In this document: piece after piece, positions 8,622-17,441 of the stretch
Layout of the letters: each line of letters opens with the position of its first letter
How positions within the stretch are numbered: position 1 is the first letter of the stretch
Assembly (NCBI GenBank): GCA_003225215.1
Contig: QIBC01000002.1
Location: forward strand, 6,589 to 70,588
Reading direction: 5' to 3'
Source of the DNA: Acidobacteriota bacterium
GTDB taxonomy: Bacteria > Acidobacteriota > Terriglobia > Terriglobales > Acidobacteriaceae
DNA length: 64,000 nucleotides
Position numbers and translations under genes: made by a program
The notes under the pieces: model-generated
Seen by the model: only the letters and a program-made list of their open reading frames with translations
Told to the model about the DNA's origin: nothing
Database searches by the model: none

Positions 8622-9931
8622 GCAGACTTCTCCAGCACAACCGGCGCCACACGCGAACGCTCCGTCTTGTGCCAAACCATTTCCTGCCCTCGAATCCACG
8701 AGGTGAACTGCTGCCATGCCGCACGAGAAACGCTGATCGCGCTCACGGTGAAGCCAAGGAATGTGAGCGGAAGCAGTTGAATGCGTGCTCTCGATCCATC
8801 CAGCCGCGCAGCCGCTGCAATCTCGAAGAAGGCAGCGAAGTTTCCCAGAGTGGTAAATGCCGCCAGACCGAGAACTGCAAGGCCTCCTCCCACGGGGGCG
8901 CCGAGGTAAAAGAGCACCATTGCCAGCAGCCAGCCAAGCAGCAATACTGGAGCCATCATGTAGACGCCGAGGAGCAACAGGCCGTCGAATCGCTCCCACC
9001 AACTGACGTTGCGACTGCGCAGCAATAGAGCGGAGTAGCCAACCATCGCCTGGTTGTGTCCTTTGGCCCAACGCATGATCTGCCGTACGCGAACCGGCCA
9101 TCGTTCCGGAACTTCCTCGTAACATTCGGCGCGATTCTCATAAACCGTCTTCCACCCGGCGAGCAGCATTCGATAAGTGAGGTCCGTGTCTTCGGCGAGT
9201 GTGTTTTCGTTCCAGCCTCCAATTTCGTCGAGGGCCGACTTGCGAATGCCTGCCACGGTCCCGCCGTACTGCGGAACGAAATGCAGGTTCATGCGCGCCT
9301 GCTGATCTACTTGATATCCGCCAGAGCGTTCCAAATCGAGAATTCGCGTAAGCAATTTCTTCCCGACGTTCAGAGGAACAACCCGTCCCATTACGCTTCC
9401 TACTTCGGGATCGAAGAAGGGAGCGACTAACTGCCTGATTAGCGCCTTGCCGGGAACATAGTCAGCGTCGAACACCAGCATGATCTCTGTGTTGACGTAT
9501 GCCATGGCATCTTTAAGGGCGGCAGCCTTGCCAGCCCTACCGCCAGTCCGGTGAAAAGGTGTAATGCGTCCGGGATAATGGACCACGAAGCTGTCGATAA
9601 TCTCTCGAGTGCGATCCACTGACCGGTCGTTTACAGGTACGATGGCGAGCTTCTCCGCCGGATAATCAACTTCCAGGAGAGCAGTAAGAATGTCTCCAAC
9701 GACGGCTTCCTCGTTGTGAGCCGCGATTAATACGGTAACAGGGGGCCATTCCGCGGTATCGACATCAACATACGGATGGCGCTGTTGACCGATAATGCGG
9801 TTGACCGTAAAGCAGTAGTGCCGGATCGTGTAAATACAGATCAGTGCAACCACTGCTGTGAATAATCCCAGTAACATCTTCCCTCCCGAGTGGCTCCGTG
9901 AATAACCTGTTAGAAGCCACTGGTCGGGCAA
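8618..9931 (-). CDS. processive family-2 glycosyltransferase (PgaC/IcaA/cellulose-synthase-like polysaccharide synthase)
   Basis: LIAAHNEE, DxD in VFDADYVP, LAEDTDLT and QxxRW as QIMRWAKGH. It has an N-terminal TM plus C-terminal TM bundle. At 437 aa it is the size I recall for PgaC. Confidence 0.9.
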   Translation of the reverse strand: MPDQWLLTGYSRSHSGGKMLLGLFTAVVALICIYTIRHYCFTVNRIIGQQRHPYVDVDTAEWPPVTVLIAAHNEEAVVGDILTALLEVDYPAEKLAIVPVNDRSVDRTREIIDSFVVHYPGRITPFHRTGGRAGKAAALKDAMAYVNTEIMLVFDADYVPGKALIRQLVAPFFDPEVGSVMGRVVPLNVGKKLLTRILDLERSGGYQVDQQARMNLHFVPQYGGTVAGIRKSALDEIGGWNENTLAEDTDLTYRMLLAGWKTVYENRAECYEEVPERWPVRVRQIMRWAKGHNQAMVGYSALLLRSRNVSWWERFDGLLLLGVYMMAPVLLLGWLLAMVLFYLGAPVGGGLAVLGLAAFTTLGNFAAFFEIAAAARLDGSRARIQLLPLTFLGFTVSAISVSRAAWQQFTSWIRGQEMVWHKTERSRVAPVVLEKSA

Positions 9932-10018
9932 GCCTGATGAAAGCGCATGCTGAGGTCCTCAACCCAATGAGTTCGTCGTTGTTAGACTTCTGCTGCTTCA
10001 ATGTTGGATGCGGTACAA

Positions 10019-11215
10019 CTAAGAGACTGTGGCGATTTGCTCCCTTATTCCACTTTCAAACTGTTCTGTTGGCGCCAGCACTGGTATGGCTCCGTTAAGC
10101 CAACGTGAAAGACTCTGAACGATTCGTGCAGAGGCTCGTGCATCTCCATATGGATTTTGTCCTTCGGACATCGTGCGATACACAACGCTGCTTCCCAGAA
10201 TGTCGCTGGCTTCTTTGACAATGGCTTCTCGCGATGTGCCGACGAGGCGGGCTAATCCCATCAGCGACGCTTCGGGTCGTTCCGTGACTTTCCTGAGCAC
10301 GAGCACCGGTTTTCCGAATGTCGGAGCTTCTTCCTGCACGCCTCCCGAGTCGGTCAGCACCAGGTAGCAGCGGCGAAGCAACGATAAAAATCCGAAATAA
10401 TCGACGGGCTCGATTAGATGAATGCGATCCAGATTCCCCAGGCGAGCCAGCACCGTGCCGCGGACGTTCGGATTCAAGTGCACCGGATAAACGGCGCGTA
10501 CATCGGGGAATGCGACCACGAGATCGCGAATCGCATCGCAGATGTTTTCCAGTTCCGTCCCCCACGATTCGCGGCGGTGAGAGGTGATAAGCAGCAATCG
10601 AGAGCTGTCCTCAGGTACGCCGGCCGGCAAAGCCTGATCTGCCATCTTCATGTCCAACAGCATCTTCACCGCATCGACCACGGTATTCCCAGTGGTTACG
10701 ATGGCTGACCGAGCAACTCCCTCGGACAGGAGATTGTCACGTGCGATTGAAGTGGGAGCGAAGTGAAGAGAGGTCACGACGCCGGCAAGTCGGCGGTTCG
10801 ATTCTTCCGGAAATGGATTCGTCATGTCGCGGCTGCGCAGGCCAGCTTCTACATGGGCCACCGGGATCTTGCGATGGAACGCCGCCAAGGCTGCCGCCAT
10901 AGCTGTTGTTGTGTCTCCCTGGACTACGAGGCAGTCGAGTGGATTCGCTGCGAGCACGGAATCCATCGCTTGCAGCACGCGACACGTAAGGCGATTCAGG
11001 GTCTGATTTGGCTGCATCAGGTCGAGATCGACGTCGGGCGAGATGCGAAACACCTGCAGGACCTGATCGAGCATCGAGCGATGTTGTGCGGTCGAAATGA
11101 GATACGGTTTGAACTCCGTGGAATGCTGCTTCAACTCTGCAATAACCGGCGCGAGCTTGATCGCCTCAGGTCTGGTGCCAAACACCACTCCCACTTGTAA
11201 CCGCTTGTTAACCAT
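10019..11215 (-). CDS. wecB: UDP-N-acetylglucosamine 2-epimerase (non-hydrolysing)
   Basis: VVFGTRPEAIKLAPV, HVEAGLRS, TDSGGVQEEAP and the full-length 398 aa architecture. Confidence 0.93.
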   Translation of the reverse strand: MVNKRLQVGVVFGTRPEAIKLAPVIAELKQHSTEFKPYLISTAQHRSMLDQVLQVFRISPDVDLDLMQPNQTLNRLTCRVLQAMDSVLAANPLDCLVVQGDTTTAMAAALAAFHRKIPVAHVEAGLRSRDMTNPFPEESNRRLAGVVTSLHFAPTSIARDNLLSEGVARSAIVTTGNTVVDAVKMLLDMKMADQALPAGVPEDSSRLLLITSHRRESWGTELENICDAIRDLVVAFPDVRAVYPVHLNPNVRGTVLARLGNLDRIHLIEPVDYFGFLSLLRRCYLVLTDSGGVQEEAPTFGKPVLVLRKVTERPEASLMGLARLVGTSREAIVKEASDILGSSVVYRTMSEGQNPYGDARASARIVQSLSRWLNGAIPVLAPTEQFESGIREQIATVS

Positions 11216-11527
11216 TAGGTAAATAGGCCTCGATTCAAGTAGAGTCTGCAGCTGCCGCTCTGGTTGCCCTTCAAATCAGGGCTTCGACATCACTTGAATT
11301 TTGTTCATATGAATTCACAGGAAAGTCGGCGCCGCGAGCAACACGGCTCTTAACGAATTCATCACTACCACGGTGAGCTGCACAAGCAGAGACTCTGCTT
11401 CCGCGCAACAGAACAAGAACGCGCAATAGAACAAGAAGAGAAGAGGAAGAACAGAAACGAATCGACACGCCGGAATCGTTTCCGCCGAGTGTGTGACCGA
11501 GGATGCCGGCAAAAAAGTTAAGGAGTT

Positions 11528-12661
11528 ATGTTGAGGCGCACAAGCACACAACCTCTTCCAGAAGCAGCGCCGGATCGTTTCCGGCGTCGAGCTACGCTTC
11601 ATGAAATTCCGCAGCCCAGATCGTGGAAGAGTTCTTCTGCGGTGCCTGCGTTTGCAGAGGTAAGCGCACCCAGAAAATGGAACCGTTGGGGCGCGAGCGG
11701 ACTTATTCATCTTGCTGCGCTTCTTTTCGTCGTCCGGATCGCGGCATGGCTGCCCAGGGAAACGATGAAGCTCGTCACCCCGACTCATGAGAGTGTGACG
11801 CTGATCGCGCCCACCCTGGAGAAGCCGGTCATTGTGAAGCCGGTGCCGCCGCCGCCTCCCAAGGTCCTCGCGCAGTTGCGTGAAGAACCGAAGCTGCCTG
11901 CTCCAGAGCCGAAAGAAGTGCCCAAAATGGAAACGCCGGTGGTGAAGCCCATGCCTGCTCCTGAACCTCCAAAGGTCGCGGAGAATACCCCTCCACCGGT
12001 TCTGCCCAAACCTCCGGTGCCGAAAAAGATAGTCACTGAAGGTTTGTTTGATTCCGGCAGTTCAGCCAAGCCCACAATCAAAGCCCCTGTGCGCGAAGTG
12101 CAAACTGGGGGATTTGGTGATCCGAATGGTGTTCCGGGAAAATCCGATAAGGACAGGAAGTTAACCATCGCTTCCGTCGGAAGTTTCGACTTGCCTACCG
12201 GACCTGGAAATGGCAATGGTGCGGGCGGTGCTCACGGGAAACCAGGCGTAGTTGCCAGTGCCGGCTTCGGAGATGGGATGGCGGGAGCCGGTTCAGGCGA
12301 TCGGAATCCGCGGGGCGCGGTGAGCACGGGCGGATTTGGCGATGCCAGCAATGCTCAGCCATCGGCAAGGCGCACCACTCGGCAGCCAGATACAACGCCA
12401 GTAGAAATTCTTTCCAAGCCTCGTCCGCTTTACACCGCTGAAGCGCGGCAACTGCGCATAGAAGGAGAGGTCCTTCTCGATGTGATGTTCGGCGCCTCAG
12501 GGGACATTCGCGTCCAGCGCGTGATTCGAGGACTCGGACATGGCTTGGATGAAGCAGCGCAGCGCGCCGCAACACAAATTCGTTTCAATCCCGCAAAACG
12601 CGAGGGCCACCCCTCTGACTCTGTGGCGGTTGTTCACATCGTCTTTGCGTTAGCCGAATAA
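11528..12661 (+). CDS. TonB family energy transducer
   Basis: N-terminal TM LIHLAALLFVVRIAAWL, a Pro/Lys/Glu-rich spacer (PVPPPPPKV...PEPKEVPK...) and a C-terminal TonB domain (YTAEARQLRIEGEVLLDVMF...RFNPAKREG). Confidence 0.85.
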   Translation: MLRRTSTQPLPEAAPDRFRRRATLHEIPQPRSWKSSSAVPAFAEVSAPRKWNRWGASGLIHLAALLFVVRIAAWLPRETMKLVTPTHESVTLIAPTLEKPVIVKPVPPPPPKVLAQLREEPKLPAPEPKEVPKMETPVVKPMPAPEPPKVAENTPPPVLPKPPVPKKIVTEGLFDSGSSAKPTIKAPVREVQTGGFGDPNGVPGKSDKDRKLTIASVGSFDLPTGPGNGNGAGGAHGKPGVVASAGFGDGMAGAGSGDRNPRGAVSTGGFGDASNAQPSARRTTRQPDTTPVEILSKPRPLYTAEARQLRIEGEVLLDVMFGASGDIRVQRVIRGLGHGLDEAAQRAATQIRFNPAKREGHPSDSVAVVHIVFALAE

Positions 12662-12682
12662 GTTCGTTCTTGGAGGAATTAC

Positions 12683-14362
12683 ATGTCGGTCTCACGGAAA
12701 ATCTGGATTCTCGGCGCAGTAGTGCTGGCGGCCTCGTTTGCCATCGCAGCGGATACTCCCGCGCAGCAGCCGAGCCCGGCGAAATCACAGCAGCAAGCCG
12801 TTATTAACAGCATCTTCTACCAGGAAGCCAAGCTCGTCGAGAACATGCACAAGTACACGCCGCTGGTGGAGACCTATATCCAGAACACCAAGCCCGACGA
12901 CGAACTAGGCGAGGTGCCGACGAGCGACAAGTATTTCCTCGGCCGTCTGGTGCTCGATAAACGTGGCATTAGCGACTTGAGTTACGACAGGAAAAAAGTG
13001 GGAATGTTCTCTCGGGTATTGGACCGGCTCGATAGCTTCTACAAGATGACCTACTTGCCGGAAGGTTTCATGCAACTTGTATTCCTGAGCCACGGCTTCA
13101 ATGTCCAGAACTACGACTTGAAATATCTCCGGCAGGAATTTCTGGGCGACGTGCGCACGCTCGTCTTCGACGTTGTTCCACACAAAAAGATAAAAGGAAC
13201 GCACTTCGTAGGCCGTATCTGGGTTGAAGATCAGCAGCACAACATCGTCCGCATGAACGGCACGTATGAGCCGCAGCGCAGCGGCAACTTCTATTTCCAT
13301 TTTGATAGCTGGCGCATGAATATGCAGCCGGGATTGTGGCTGCCCGCGCTGGTTTACACCGAAGACTCCGACGTGAAATATGACCTTGTCCGCAAGATCA
13401 GCATGAAAGGGCAGACGCGCCTGTGGGGATACGACTTGAAGCATTCCGGCCGGCAGACGGAATTTACCGATCTGCAGGTGGAAGAGAACTCTCAGGATGT
13501 GACGGATAAGAGTGGCTCCAGCGCGAACGAAATGAGTCCGATCGAGAGCCGCCATAAATGGCAGCGCGAAGCCGAAGACAACGTTCTCGATCGTATGGAG
13601 CGGGCTGGCGTGTTAGCGCCCGCAGGCGAGGTCACGAAGGTCCTCGAAACCGTCGTGAATAACTTCGAAGTCACCAACAACTTGAACATTCAGCCCGAGG
13701 TTCGATGCCGAGTTCTGCTCACCACTCCGCTCGAGTCGTTCACCGTAGGAAACACCATCGTTCTCAGCCGCGGATTGCTCGACGTACTGCCGGACGAAGC
13801 CTCCCTGGCAATGATGCTTTCACACGAGTTGGCTCACATTGCGCTCGGCCATTCCGTGAATACGAAGTACGCCTTCAGCGATCGCATGATCTTCCCTGAT
13901 GAGCAGGTGCTGCAGAAGATCGGTATGAGGCGCAATGACCCCGACGAAGATGCTGCGGACAAGAAAGCCGTGGAATTGCTGCGAAACTCACCATACAAGG
14001 ACAAACTCGGCAGTGCCGGACTCTTCCTCAGGGCGCTACAGTCGCGATCGCATGAGCTGACATGGCTTATCAGTGCCAATTTCGGAAACCGCATGGCTAA
14101 GGGCAGTGACATTTTGAGAATGGAATCTCTGATTCGATCAGCTCCCGAACTCAAGACTAGCGACGTTCGACAGCTGGCTGCGCTTCCACTGGGCAGCCGA
14201 ATCAAACTCGATCCCTGGGACGATCACGTGAACCTCAAGCGAAGTAAGCCCGAGGCGGTGTTGTCTGCTCGCGACAAATTGCCTTTCGAGGTCACACCAA
14301 TGATTCCCAATCTCGTGCGTGCCGGCGAGGCAAGAGGGAACGAAGTGGCGGAAAAGCGCTGA
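12683..14362 (+). CDS. secreted M48-family zinc metallopeptidase
   Basis: Signal peptide, an HExxH motif in MMLSHELAHIALGH, and a GGAGG RBS 7 nt upstream of the ATG. Confidence 0.8.
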   Translation: MSVSRKIWILGAVVLAASFAIAADTPAQQPSPAKSQQQAVINSIFYQEAKLVENMHKYTPLVETYIQNTKPDDELGEVPTSDKYFLGRLVLDKRGISDLSYDRKKVGMFSRVLDRLDSFYKMTYLPEGFMQLVFLSHGFNVQNYDLKYLRQEFLGDVRTLVFDVVPHKKIKGTHFVGRIWVEDQQHNIVRMNGTYEPQRSGNFYFHFDSWRMNMQPGLWLPALVYTEDSDVKYDLVRKISMKGQTRLWGYDLKHSGRQTEFTDLQVEENSQDVTDKSGSSANEMSPIESRHKWQREAEDNVLDRMERAGVLAPAGEVTKVLETVVNNFEVTNNLNIQPEVRCRVLLTTPLESFTVGNTIVLSRGLLDVLPDEASLAMMLSHELAHIALGHSVNTKYAFSDRMIFPDEQVLQKIGMRRNDPDEDAADKKAVELLRNSPYKDKLGSAGLFLRALQSRSHELTWLISANFGNRMAKGSDILRMESLIRSAPELKTSDVRQLAALPLGSRIKLDPWDDHVNLKRSKPEAVLSARDKLPFEVTPMIPNLVRAGEARGNEVAEKR

Positions 14363-14636
14363 ATGTTTTCAGTCAATCACGGAGCGCCGCGCGCTCTCAC
14401 CCGGCGGACGAAGATGAGTTGGAGTACGACGGATCAAGTATTCACAATCTTCATAGCTCGTCGGGCGGGGACGCCTGGGCGCTCCGCTTCGTGGGATGAC
14501 CAACACTTGATGAAACTAACATCCAACAACTCCGGATTCCTCATGCAGCAGCGTCAGAGCTGCACAACTCCGGGCAGTTTTGTCTTCATCACAACCTAAC
14601 GACGTTTCGATCCGCCACTTCGAGCAAAGGTGATCA

Positions 14637-16067
14637 ATGCTACGGGCTCGTCTAAAAACATTTTGGCATTTTGCCATTCTTGCACTCGCTTGCTGCTATC
14701 TGGCGGGTTGCTTAGCACTAGTCGGGTCGAAGGGCTCAGGAGACAATAGCGGCGGCGGTACTAGCGGCGGCACGGGTGGCGGAGGTGTTGGAGGCGCTAC
14801 TCCAGTGGGCAGCACTCCCGGCCCAAACAACGGCGCTACTGGAGACGTGAGCACGATCAATCACATTATCTTTATGTCCCAGGAAAATCGCTCGTTCGAT
14901 ACATACTTTGGGCACATGAACGAGTATCGGGCGTCGCTGGGGCTCCCGCAGGACGTAGATGGCATGCCGGCGAACGCTTCCAATCCTGCCTTCGATGGAA
15001 GCACAATCAATGCCTTCCACCTGCAGACCATGTGCGTGGAGAACACCAGCGCCGACTGGGCTACGAGCCACATCAACTTCAACCGATTTAACGAGAGTTC
15101 AGATACGCCGACGATGGACGGCTTCGTCGTTCAGGCGGGAGCGGCAGCCTTGGGGCAGGGAAGCAAGGATACGGTTGGCGTTCGCGCAATGGGCTATTAC
15201 ACTGCAGCCGACCTTCCTTACTACTACTTCATGGCTTCGCAGTTCGCCACGTCCGATCGCTGGTTTGCTCCGGCGCCGACTGAGACGGAAGCTAATCGTT
15301 TGTATCTAGTCGCGGCCACGTCAGTAGGGCACGTTCACCGGCCGACGGCCCAAGTGAGCGCAAAGACCATTTTCGACCTGCTCGATACGAAGAACATTTC
15401 TTACAAGATCTACTACATGGATCCGCACCTCGACACGGAGTTAGACGACTTCTCGGGGTTCATGGCCACGCATCAAAACAAGTTCGCGCCCTTGTCGCAG
15501 TACTACACCGACCTTCAGAACGGAACGTTACCGCAAGTTTCCTATATTGAACCTGGATTTACGGATGGCAATGATGAGCATCCGGGACTAGGCAACGACA
15601 TTCAGACTGGAGCCGCCGAGACGGCGAAGATTGTCAACGCACTGATGGCTAGCAGTGCATGGAAAGATTCGGCGTTCATTCTTGTCTATGACGAAGGCGG
15701 AGGGTTCTACGATCACGTTCCCCCACCCACGACCAATGTGCCGAATCCAGATGGCATTCCGCCACAGGACCTGATTACTACGAATCCGCCAGATCCGAAG
15801 GGCGACTTTACCCGTTATGGATTCCGCGTTCCCATAATCGTGGTTTCGCCGTTCACGAAGAAGCATTACGTCTCGCATACCGTCACGGACAGCACAGCCG
15901 TGCTGAAGATGATTGAAGCCCGCTTTGGTCTGCCCAGCTTGAACAAGCGCGATGCTGCCGGCATGGACATGAGCGAGTTCTTCGATTTTCAGGGGAAGCC
16001 ATGGGCCACGCCTCCGACGCCGCCGGCACAGCCAACAAATGGGCCTTGCTACGACGGTTTGCCGTGA
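14637..16067 (+). CDS. phosphoesterase family protein (phospholipase C / acid phosphatase AcpA-like), lipoprotein
   Basis: Lipobox LAGC, a Gly/Ser linker, and IIFMSQENRSFDTYFGH typical of the phosphoesterase family. Confidence 0.82.
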   Translation: MLRARLKTFWHFAILALACCYLAGCLALVGSKGSGDNSGGGTSGGTGGGGVGGATPVGSTPGPNNGATGDVSTINHIIFMSQENRSFDTYFGHMNEYRASLGLPQDVDGMPANASNPAFDGSTINAFHLQTMCVENTSADWATSHINFNRFNESSDTPTMDGFVVQAGAAALGQGSKDTVGVRAMGYYTAADLPYYYFMASQFATSDRWFAPAPTETEANRLYLVAATSVGHVHRPTAQVSAKTIFDLLDTKNISYKIYYMDPHLDTELDDFSGFMATHQNKFAPLSQYYTDLQNGTLPQVSYIEPGFTDGNDEHPGLGNDIQTGAAETAKIVNALMASSAWKDSAFILVYDEGGGFYDHVPPPTTNVPNPDGIPPQDLITTNPPDPKGDFTRYGFRVPIIVVSPFTKKHYVSHTVTDSTAVLKMIEARFGLPSLNKRDAAGMDMSEFFDFQGKPWATPPTPPAQPTNGPCYDGLP

Positions 16068-16219
16068 CTGGTTTGGTGACGGAGCGCAGGGCGCCCTCGC
16101 CTGGCGGAGCGTTGAGGTTTGAATACCGGTATGTCCTTAACTAAACCCACATCTTCGTGCGCCCGGTGAAGGAACCCTGGAGTTCCGCTACCAGGTTTGA
16201 GTAGTTTGGTTGCATCTTC

Positions 16220-17050
16220 TTGCCGCACGTCATAGCCTTGGACGTGCGGCTCCATCCCGGCAAAATCTTCGCCATCCTGCTTGCCAGCGTTTCGCTCATT
16301 TCAGTAGGCCTGTTTGTTTCCCGCCAGTGGTGGATGCCAGCGGCAGCGGCCAGACATGCGTCTTCTCTCGACAAACTGATTGTCTGGGCAATGATCGACG
16401 CCGGCATTGCGTTCTTACTCGCACAACTCGCTTTGGCAGCGCTGGTCTGGAGATCTCGCGTAGACACAGATGCGCGCGTGGTGCCCTTCACGAGCGGAGT
16501 CCGCGTCGCAGTCGTCCTGAGTGTGCTGTTTATCTCTCTAGAGCTCTACAGCGCAGCTACGCTCGGCCGTCGCGCCTGGGGCAGCATGTTCTCGGTTCCT
16601 TCTACTGCGGATCGAGTTAGAGCTCAAGTCATGGGACAGCAGTTTGCCTTCTACTTCCGCTATCCAGGACGTGACGGACAATTCGGTCCGATCCATGTCG
16701 AAAAGATCGACGCCAGCATCGGCAACTACTTTGGACTAGACACAAAGAAGGACGAGGCTTCAAAAGACGACGTCGTAGTTGCAGCGCTTGTTCTTCCTGT
16801 AAATCAGCCGGTCGAACTTATTTTGAGTTCTCAAGACGTAATTCACAGTTTCTACGTTCGCGAACTGAGAATTCAGCAGGACATGGTTCCCGGAATGCAG
16901 ATTCCGGTACGCTTTACGCCGACGAAAATCGGCAAGTACGAGATTACATGTACTCAACTGTGCGGTTTGGGACACTACCGGATGCGTGCTTATTTGGAAG
17001 TTGTTTCTGCGTCGGATTTCGAGAAGTGGATACAGGCACGTGAACATTAG
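16220..17050 (+). CDS. ctaC: cytochrome c oxidase subunit II
   Basis: Two N-terminal TM helices and the CuA motif H-x34-C-x-x-x-C-x3-H-x2-M region (DVIHSFYV ... CTQLCGLGHYRM). Confidence 0.85.
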   Translation: MPHVIALDVRLHPGKIFAILLASVSLISVGLFVSRQWWMPAAAARHASSLDKLIVWAMIDAGIAFLLAQLALAALVWRSRVDTDARVVPFTSGVRVAVVLSVLFISLELYSAATLGRRAWGSMFSVPSTADRVRAQVMGQQFAFYFRYPGRDGQFGPIHVEKIDASIGNYFGLDTKKDEASKDDVVVAALVLPVNQPVELILSSQDVIHSFYVRELRIQQDMVPGMQIPVRFTPTKIGKYEITCTQLCGLGHYRMRAYLEVVSASDFEKWIQAREH

Positions 17051-17111
17051 GCGCTGTGTGACAGATAGTCGTCGTTGTTCAGGCGGAGACGGGAGATCCG
17101 ATCTGAGTTCC

Positions 17112-17274
17112 GTCTTGTGTCAGGGCATCAACTTCCAATCGCGCCGATCGAAATTGTTCGTTCTTGGCTTCAGCCGCTGGTTTGCTTTTCTCGACAGCCA
17201 GTACTCAGCGGCTGAAGCCGAGTCAATCTCTGGCTGTGGCGGCACGACTGGAAGTCGATGCACTGACACAAGAC
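17112..17274. repeat. 163-nt nested palindrome in the ctaC-ctaD spacer
   Basis: The outer arms 17112-17136 and 17250-17274 are complementary at 23 of 25 positions. The inner arms ggcttcagccgctg (17166-17179) and cagcggctgaagcc (17206-17219) form a perfect 14-bp stem. Confidence 0.85.
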
Positions 17275-17441
17275 AAACACCGACGGTGCAAACGGCAAAG
17301 TCTGCCCTCCTCGATGTTCAGCCCCGGGCGTGTCTTCAAATCTATCCTTCCGTTCCTCGCAGCATCTACGAGGATGGTTGTAGCGAGGCTTGCACTTCAG
17401 CAACTGCGCAGCGGGTGCGGCGGGGAATCGAGGCATACTAA

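Noticed and set aside
8622-9125. The N-terminal 168 codons of the 515-aa ORF 7578..9125.
   Set aside because: They overlap the 3' part of the well-supported GT2 gene in another frame and have Arg/Ser/Gly-rich out-of-frame composition. An internal ATG forms an ATGA junction with the GT2 stop and is followed by a TM helix, so the shorter gene was called.
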